Source of the DNA: a virus
Reading direction: 5' to 3' (one strand)
Virus record (IMG/VR): IMGVR_UViG_3300007513_000010
Length of the DNA: 64,000 nt
The position numbers and the translations under genes are program-made. Positions 58,705 to 64,000 of the stretch are shown piece by piece. The notes below the pieces were generated by a model. That model had not been told where the DNA came from, ran no database searches, and saw only the letters and a program-made list of their open reading frames with translations. The stretch's first letter is position 1; every line of letters starts with the position of its first letter.

Positions 58705-59130
58705 TTGGGCTTTTTATATGCCAATTTTTTGGATTGGGGTACACATATATTGTTGCACAAACCGCGCGGCAAATCAAAATTAAAATTTCACTGGAAGCAT
58801 CACAGGATTGCCAGAAAGAACCATAATCGCGATCCGGATTATAAATTAAAAGTGTGGCATAATGAGACGAAAATAACCGTTGCTGCCATGATTCTTCATG
58901 CGCCTCTTCTGTTCTATTTTCCTGTATTTGCTGGTGTAGTTCTGGCTTATGCTACGGTGTACATCTTTCTACATCGAAAAACTCACGAGCATGTAGAGTT
59001 TTTTAAGAAATGGTGCCCCTGGCATTACGAGCATCACATGGGTAAAAATCAAAATGCTAACTGGTGTGTTGTTTGTCCGCTCATGGATCACATAATGGGA
59101 ACAAGAGAGAAGTGGCTAGAAAAGGAGTAA
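58705..59130 (+). CDS. Fatty acid hydroxylase / sterol desaturase family protein
   Basis: His boxes HILLH, HWKHH, HRKTH and HYEHH, plus NW and MDHIMGT. Start codon uncertain. Confidence 0.85.
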   Translation: MGFLYANFLDWGTHILLHKPRGKSKLKFHWKHHRIARKNHNRDPDYKLKVWHNETKITVAAMILHAPLLFYFPVFAGVVLAYATVYIFLHRKTHEHVEFFKKWCPWHYEHHMGKNQNANWCVVCPLMDHIMGTREKWLEKE

Positions 59131-59137
59131 CCAATGT

Positions 59138-59335
59138 ATGTCGTTGAAGCCGGGAGACTTAGTGGCTTGCTACCTAACAAACACAACAGAGTTTGAAACG
59201 CTTTTTCAATGGGGCATCGTGCTAGAGGTTAATGACACTCTAGGTGATATCTTGGTCCATGATAACGGAGGTATTCAGAGGTGGTGGCCTCACCGTCGAT
59301 GGCGACTGCTTAAAGAAGCACCAAAAAAAACTTGA
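59138..59335 (+). CDS. KOW/SH3-like small protein
   Basis: LKPGDLV...GIVLEV. Confidence 0.65.
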   Translation: MSLKPGDLVACYLTNTTEFETLFQWGIVLEVNDTLGDILVHDNGGIQRWWPHRRWRLLKEAPKKT

Positions 59336-59360
59336 CTTTTATATCAATATAGTGTAATAT
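59332..59360 (+). promoter_or_regulatory. Sigma70-like promoter
   Basis: TTGACT-17nt-TAATAT. Confidence 0.6.
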
Positions 59361-59392
59361 TATATATATCAACAATAGAGAAGGGCCTAACA

Positions 59393-59764
59393 ATGGGCTA
59401 CAGATCAGAAGTTTGCATCGCTTTGACCGATGATGCAGTAAGAGTACTCAGCACGATTCTGGAACATTTGCCAGCTTCTCATGAAGCGAGAAATCTTCTG
59501 AGAGATGCACAAATTCAACCGGGCTACCTTTCCGACTTCCAAGCCCACAAGGACTCAAGCAAAGATTGTGAACTTAAACTGTATTGGGACTATGTTAAGT
59601 GGTACGAGGGGTATGAATGTGTTGATTTTGTTGAAACTTTCTTGCAGGAAATTCCTCACGAAGATTACAGGTTTGTTCGCGTCGGCGAAGAATCAGATGA
59701 TGTGGAAGAAAGGGGCGACTACTACGATTCGGATGTTTTCGTTCGGAGATCAATATCATGGTAG
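59393..59764 (+). CDS. Conserved hypothetical phage protein
   Basis: MGYRSEV...VKWY...RVGEESDD pattern. Confidence 0.7.
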   Translation: MGYRSEVCIALTDDAVRVLSTILEHLPASHEARNLLRDAQIQPGYLSDFQAHKDSSKDCELKLYWDYVKWYEGYECVDFVETFLQEIPHEDYRFVRVGEESDDVEERGDYYDSDVFVRRSISW

Positions 59765-60063
59765 TTGGTCAGTTGGTAAGAGAGGATTGCAGTGACGAAT
59801 CCAAAGCCCCTCTTGGTACAATCGTAAAGGTTACAGAGCTTATCCTCCACAGGAACTCCCAGTGGAAGGCTGAAGTCGAAAGATGGAAAAGCTATAATAC
59901 AGAATGTGACCAAACTATGTGCTCTGTTATTCGCCCAGGCAAGGTTGCAAGTGTACGATGGCAGAACGACCCAAAGAAGCTAACTGTGCACATATTTTAT
60001 GATGATTGCGGAGGCCGCTCCTCTATAAACTTAAGCACAAATTCAGTGAGCTTGGTACAGTAA
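59758..60063 (+). CDS. KOW/SH3-like small protein
   Basis: MVVGQLV...GTIVKV. Confidence 0.55.
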   Translation: MVVGQLVREDCSDESKAPLGTIVKVTELILHRNSQWKAEVERWKSYNTECDQTMCSVIRPGKVASVRWQNDPKKLTVHIFYDDCGGRSSINLSTNSVSLVQ

Positions 60064-60239
60064 TGGAATCTTTTTTGATTGTTGTTTTCGTATTGTTTGT
60101 TTCCACTTATGTTTTGGCAAGAATTTCGTCCATCGCTGAACAGTCCAAGTGGGACGAAATTAAAAAACTTAGAGACGAAGCTAGAAAAAGGCATATTGAC
60201 GCCCTTTATGGCAGAAAAGAGAAAGGAAAAGACAAATGA
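60063..60239 (+). CDS. Small membrane-anchored protein
   Basis: MESFLIVVFVLFVSTYVL followed by a charged tail. TAATG coupling. Confidence 0.55.
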   Translation: MESFLIVVFVLFVSTYVLARISSIAEQSKWDEIKKLRDEARKRHIDALYGRKEKGKDK

Positions 60240-60448
60240 AGGTGGGAGATTTGGTTCGACTGTCGGCATATGGCAAGAAACTTAAGCGTACCGGGTGGAT
60301 TTCGCATGATGATGTCGGGATCATAACAAGGATAAATACATGGGATGAACATCAGGTCCGATGGGTGAAGAGTGACTGGAACCTAGTCCGCTCGCGTTGG
60401 GTTTACGAACGCTTTGTTTCAAGAAAAGACTTGAAGTTTGTAAAATAG
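60236..60448 (+). CDS. KOW/SH3-like small protein
   Basis: MKVGDLV...GII...VRW...DLKFV. Confidence 0.7.
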   Translation: MKVGDLVRLSAYGKKLKRTGWISHDDVGIITRINTWDEHQVRWVKSDWNLVRSRWVYERFVSRKDLKFVK

Positions 60449-60459
60449 CAAAGCACTAA

Positions 60460-60533
60460 GCCCTGGTAGCTCAGCTGGATAGAGCATCGGACTTCTAATC
60501 CGCAGGTCGCAGGTTCGAATCCTGCTCAGGGCG
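60460..60533 (+). tRNA. tRNA-Arg (TCT)
   Basis: GCCCTGG/TCAGGGC acceptor stem, GCTC/GAGC D stem, CTTCTAA loop and GGTTCGAATCC. Confidence 0.95.
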
Positions 60534-60653
60534 CACTTAATGGAAGAAAAGGAACAAGAAGATGTACGATTGTGGACATTTGCACGATTTTATCGTATTT
60601 TACAAGATGAACTTGGTGTATTGGGATAGTGAAATGATTAAGCTATTCTACGA

Positions 60654-60905
60654 ATGTTTTCAAACAGCATGAAAACATTAAGACCGCAGCTCCAACCCGG
60701 CGATATGATCTATTATCACTCAAGTTATGCAACGGCGATTCTCTTACAGAGAAAGGGAAAACTTTGGCAGTATTCCCTCAGAAGCCCAAAAAGATCAAAT
60801 TTGAGTTATATGCTGGTTTCGTTGCAGTCGGCGGAAACACGTAAATTTGAAGAAGGGATTGCTTCTGGAAAATTTAAATATTTTCCAGTAAACAAGAAAG
60901 GTTAG
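60654..60905 (+). CDS. KOW/SH3-like small protein
   Basis: LQPGDMI. Confidence 0.5.
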   Translation: MFSNSMKTLRPQLQPGDMIYYHSSYATAILLQRKGKLWQYSLRSPKRSNLSYMLVSLQSAETRKFEEGIASGKFKYFPVNKKG

Positions 60906-60907
60906 AC

Positions 60908-60988
60908 ATGGATTTTTTAGGTGGCGTAATCACTATTGCTATCGGCCTGTGGGTGGGCCAACTGTTAATTGATTGGTGGCGCAAGTAG
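60908..60988 (+). CDS. 26-aa single-TM peptide
   Basis: MDFLGGVITIAIGLWVGQLLIDWWRK. Confidence 0.45.
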   Translation: MDFLGGVITIAIGLWVGQLLIDWWRK

Positions 60989-61085
60989 GTGAGACATAGA
61001 TGTCTCATGTTTAAGTTTGAAATACTGCTTGATCTGTAGGTCGCGGTATGATAAGATATATATACAACTTAAGTTAGGAGCACCA

Positions 61086-61385
61086 ATGTATATTGGTTTT
61101 ATGGAAGCTAAGAAGAATATAAACAAGCAGGCGACGAAAATACTTCACGATATTGCGTCAGCGTATGAGAGGGGTGATCTTGACGACCCAAATGCTTCAA
61201 TTATGTACTGTTCATTTCTGGCTTGCATTTGTGAGGGCAAGGTGAGTGGTATCATAGACGAGGAGTCGTGTGAGGTAAAGTGGTCACTGACACCCGAATA
61301 CGCAAAAGAGGTAGAACAACTTCAGAAGGCGATAATTGAAAAGGCTTCATTGGCCGAGAACGTCATAAAGGGTCCATGGGGATGA
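61086..61385 (+). CDS. Hypothetical protein
   Basis: AGGAG SD before ATG 61086. C-terminal NVIKGPW. Confidence 0.6.
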   Translation: MYIGFMEAKKNINKQATKILHDIASAYERGDLDDPNASIMYCSFLACICEGKVSGIIDEESCEVKWSLTPEYAKEVEQLQKAIIEKASLAENVIKGPWG

Positions 61386-61561
61386 ATCTTAAAAGAGGCG
61401 ATCGAGTCAAAATCACAAACAAGAACGACATCGAAGGTGAGGTAATTGGATTTTATGCTCATACAATGGATGCCGTAATCAAGACAGACACCGGAAATGA
61501 GTGGATTGTTAGCCCTATTCACTTGGAGTCGGTGAAGAAATGTCGAAAGAAGACGAAGTGA
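61382..61561 (+). CDS. KOW/SH3-like small protein
   Basis: LKRGDRVKI...GEVI...HLESV. Confidence 0.65.
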   Translation: MNLKRGDRVKITNKNDIEGEVIGFYAHTMDAVIKTDTGNEWIVSPIHLESVKKCRKKTK

Positions 61562-61727
61562 TATATCACCTGACGTATAGAATCAACAAGGGTTCAAAGC
61601 AACACATCTATGCTATCAAGAAGATCTGCGAGAGCAAGAAAAAGAAGCTGCTCGAAGAGCATGGCGACAATATTAAGTTCTCTCGCATCGAGAGGGCATA
61701 AAACTTTTCATCGAAAAGGATTCTTGA

Positions 61728-62801
61728 ATGAACTTTCTAAGTGAGAAAGACTTTTTTCAATATATAGAAAATCTCGAAGATTTTGGCTGGAGCACTTCCA
61801 CGCTGGAATGTGACCCCGCCCAATCCCACGAGAGGGTTCGATTTCCACGTCGGTTTGTGCATATGATTTGTAAGAGATGTTCGGGCAAGAAAGAAGCTTT
61901 GCACCCTTCCTACATCTACGACCCTGCACAGGCAGAGCTTAGTGCAGAGAGCGGTCTTAAGGAAAATACCAAAATCGTTATTGAAACCAGGGATCATAAG
62001 AGCAAGAGGTTCATAAGCGGCGTAAGTGATTATCTCTCGAACTACGAGTATGAGAGAGAAGAGTGGAAACAACAATCTTTTTCTTTTTTACCAACCGTCG
62101 TAACATTGATGGTTGACATTCAGGATTTAAACAAAATTGATGAATGTCGGACGTGCAAGAAAATAGACGAACTTGTTGAGATTATAGAAGAACAAAACGT
62201 CAATCCTATTAATAGTGGGGACAGGCTATTTGAAGAGCTTTTGTCTCCATTGAGGTTGGCAACCTGTCAGTTATCTTTGCCTGGTGTTGATATTAAACCT
62301 AAGCTGGGAAGATTTGCGGCGACCTGCTTGTCTCACGGCAACTTCTCCGGTCACATAAATGTTAGGACCGGTCTTGTCGATGGCCTTTGTCCGGAATGCT
62401 TAAGATTAGAAAAGGGGTCTATCGGAGAGTCGTTGTTGAGAATAGTATTGGAGGAGTTTACATCTTGCAGCTGGTCTAGTGTGCGACCAGACTTTCTGAA
62501 GAATCCTAAAACTGGATACAACCTTGAATTGGATTGCTACAATCGAAAACTTAATGCTGCATTTGAATTTCAAGGTCGGCAACATTACGAACCTATTGAG
62601 TTTTTCGGCGGCGAAGAAACTTTTGTTAAGCAAGTAGAAAGGGATGAGTTAAAAACTCGATTGTGTGAGTTAAATGATGTTAAGTTGTTTAAGATCGACG
62701 GTCGAAGATGTCCCAAAGATAAGGCAAAAGCAAAGTCCTTTTTATTAAAAGTTGTAAAGAAAGTTTTAAAGAAAGAACTGGACTTTACCACTGAATTCTG
62801 A
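61728..62801 (+). CDS. Zn-ribbon plus PD-(D/E)xK (Vsr/DUF559-like) putative free-standing endonuclease
   Basis: CxxC pairs and SIGE...LELDCYN..LNAAFEFQGRQHY...RDELK..LC. Confidence 0.75.
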   Translation: MNFLSEKDFFQYIENLEDFGWSTSTLECDPAQSHERVRFPRRFVHMICKRCSGKKEALHPSYIYDPAQAELSAESGLKENTKIVIETRDHKSKRFISGVSDYLSNYEYEREEWKQQSFSFLPTVVTLMVDIQDLNKIDECRTCKKIDELVEIIEEQNVNPINSGDRLFEELLSPLRLATCQLSLPGVDIKPKLGRFAATCLSHGNFSGHINVRTGLVDGLCPECLRLEKGSIGESLLRIVLEEFTSCSWSSVRPDFLKNPKTGYNLELDCYNRKLNAAFEFQGRQHYEPIEFFGGEETFVKQVERDELKTRLCELNDVKLFKIDGRRCPKDKAKAKSFLLKVVKKVLKKELDFTTEF

Positions 62802-62828
62802 TAGTATAGGAAATACATAGTTTAAGCT

Positions 62829-62904
62829 GGAGCACTGGCGCAATAGGCAGCGCATCGGACTTTTAATCCGCTGGTTCCGGGTTCGAGTCCCGGGTGCTCC
62901 ACCA
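62829..62904 (+). tRNA. tRNA-Lys (TTT)
   Basis: GGAGCAC/GTGCTCC acceptor stem, CTTTTAA loop, GGTTCGAGTCC and encoded CCA. Confidence 0.96.
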
Positions 62905-62918
62905 AGAAGGTTTGCATT

Positions 62919-63140
62919 ATGAAGATTGGTGACTTGGTGACTTGGTCGGACTTCTACGAAACCTGGATGTTGACTGTGGGCTGGTCTAAGCATCCGTTAG
63001 TCGGTCCTACTTTTTCTAAAGCGGATAAGATAGGCATTATTGTTTATTCTTCTCCCGACAAACGCCACGTTATGTGGGAGGACAATACATGCTTGGCCCA
63101 TGACCCCAGAGAGCTGGAGGTGTTGAGTGAAGCGCGGTGA
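62919..63140 (+). CDS. KOW/SH3-like 'MKVGDLV' family mini-protein
   Basis: MKIGDLV...GII...VMW...LEVLSEAR. Confidence 0.7.
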   Translation: MKIGDLVTWSDFYETWMLTVGWSKHPLVGPTFSKADKIGIIVYSSPDKRHVMWEDNTCLAHDPRELEVLSEAR

Positions 63141-63291
63141 CTTGGTGACAATGAATGGTTATCCAGAGTTGTGTATTGTCACGAGAATTTCATTAGGCAA
63201 AGTCTGGCTTATCGAAATAGAGACGGGCTTGAGGTCTTGGACTCATATTTGTAATTTGGAGCTGGTCAGTAAAAGCGAGAATAGGACATGA
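63127..63291 (+). CDS. KOW/SH3-like 'MKVGDLV' family mini-protein
   Basis: GTG start with GAGG SD. (M)KRGDLV...LELVSKS. Confidence 0.65.
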   Translation: MKRGDLVTMNGYPELCIVTRISLGKVWLIEIETGLRSWTHICNLELVSKSENRT

Positions 63292-63497
63292 AAGAGTTCA
63301 AAGTGGAGGTAGTGTATATAAAGAAAGACTATGCCTCCGTAGTGCTTGAAGCCACAAATAGAAGAGAAGCTCTTGAAAAGGCAAAAAAACTACAACGGAA
63401 TGACTTTAGTGTAATCGACAGAAACACGGCGCACGAGTGGAAAATAAGACCGATGACGAGTTTTTATAATATGCTGGTTTCCTTTTTCGGTGGATAG
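63288..63497 (+). CDS. Hypothetical protein
   Basis: FKVEV...LEATNRREALEKAK. Confidence 0.6.
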   Translation: MKEFKVEVVYIKKDYASVVLEATNRREALEKAKKLQRNDFSVIDRNTAHEWKIRPMTSFYNMLVSFFGG

Positions 63498-63714
63498 AAT
63501 ATCAGTGAAGGTCGGAGATTTAGTTAAGACCCCCACATGGCCATGTTCTTCTCGAAGGCTGGTTTATAATACCCCTCATTATATTTGGTCGAACCAACTA
63601 GCACTTGTTGTTGGTTTTGACGACAGGCCCGGCAGTAAGGGCTACGTGAGGGTGGTTTTGCAATCCACCGCGCATCATTGCGTTTTTCACAAAGACTCGC
63701 TGAGTTTGCTATGA
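63490..63714 (+). CDS. KOW/SH3-like 'MKVGDLV' family mini-protein
   Basis: VKVGDLVK. Start could be GTG 63505. Confidence 0.65.
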   Translation: MDRISVKVGDLVKTPTWPCSSRRLVYNTPHYIWSNQLALVVGFDDRPGSKGYVRVVLQSTAHHCVFHKDSLSLL

Positions 63715-63896
63715 GGGTCGGAGATTTAATAAAGGTATGTTCAGTTTTGGATGGTGTCCACCCAGTCGGAATTGTAATTAAGGTGGTTGAAGACTCAGGC
63801 GACCAACCGCGTCATATGATGTGTCTCTACTTAGATGGTGACTATGAGCCGCTAAGTTACGACACAGATTTTGAGGTAATCAGTGAAAGTCGGTGA
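63711..63896 (+). CDS. KOW/SH3-like 'MKVGDLV' family mini-protein
   Basis: MRVGDLIK...GIVI...FEVISESR. Confidence 0.7.
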   Translation: MRVGDLIKVCSVLDGVHPVGIVIKVVEDSGDQPRHMMCLYLDGDYEPLSYDTDFEVISESR

Positions 63897-63915
63897 TTTG
63901 GTGAGAGTAATATGA
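63883..63915 (+). pseudogene. 10-codon remnant of a 'MKVGDLV' gene
   Basis: GTG-KVGDLVRVI-TGA with intact SD. The stop overlaps the next ATG. Confidence 0.55.
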
Positions 63916-64000
63916 AAGTTGGTGCCAGAGTTCGTGATGCTTTGTTCTACCCTGATAGTGGTATCAACAGAGGTACAGGAACAATTATAGAAATCGAAGA
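63912..64000 (+). CDS. KOW/SH3-like family mini-protein (3' truncated)
   Basis: MKVGARVR...GTIIEI runs off the window. Confidence 0.6.
   Translation, partial: MKVGARVRDALFYPDSGINRGTGTIIEIE

Noticed and set aside
1-64000. Minus-strand and nested alternate-frame ORFs in the ORF track (e.g. 41881-42474, 47594-48211, 38377-38766)
   Set aside because: They are shadows of well-supported + strand genes, with no motifs or RBS.
1-64000. Stop-codon reassignment (alternative genetic code)
   Set aside because: Core genes are full length in code 11, TAA, TAG and TGA all end genes, and no suppressor tRNA was seen.
1-64000. CRISPR array, reverse transcriptase (DGR or retron), integrase or transposase
   Set aside because: No regularly spaced identical repeats and no RT or recombinase motifs were recognised. 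The 63-kb junction repeats are degenerate and coding.

Overview
This window is 64 kb of a large, AT-rich, contractile-tailed (myovirus-type) bacteriophage genome, read in the standard bacterial code with essentially every credible gene on the + strand. 1-18 kb is a tail module: terminator-like protein, 1517-aa repeat-rich fibre, sheath, tube, hub/chaperone gene with a probable programmed frameshift, tape measure and baseplate genes. 18-38 kb holds replication and nucleotide genes: a minimal PolA, a degenerate tubulin-like protein, gp32-type SSB, an AIPR-like protein, RecA/UvsX, 5'-3' exonuclease, DnaB/gp41 helicase, class II RNR, GroES, DnaE, dUTPase and IMPDH/GMPR. A myxobacterial-style Cys-repeat/vWA lipoprotein sits among them. 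38-50 kb holds proteostasis and lysis genes (ClpP, GroEL, DnaK, GH25 endolysin) and putative head-internal proteins. 50-64 kb is an accessory region of small ORFs, a MoxR-AAA/vWA pair, three tRNAs (Leu-TAA, Arg-TCT, Lys-TTT) and a putative free-standing endonuclease. The main candidates for novelty are: a densely base-paired ~470-nt candidate ncRNA at 58.2-58.7 kb; an array of 'MKVGDLV' KOW/SH3-like mini-genes joined by a conserved dual-coding junction sequence; the vWA lipoprotein; an in-frame internal start with a mobile domain shared by fibre and sheath; and a phage-specific ACTATTTA late-promoter motif. All product calls come from motif recognition by eye. No database searches were run.
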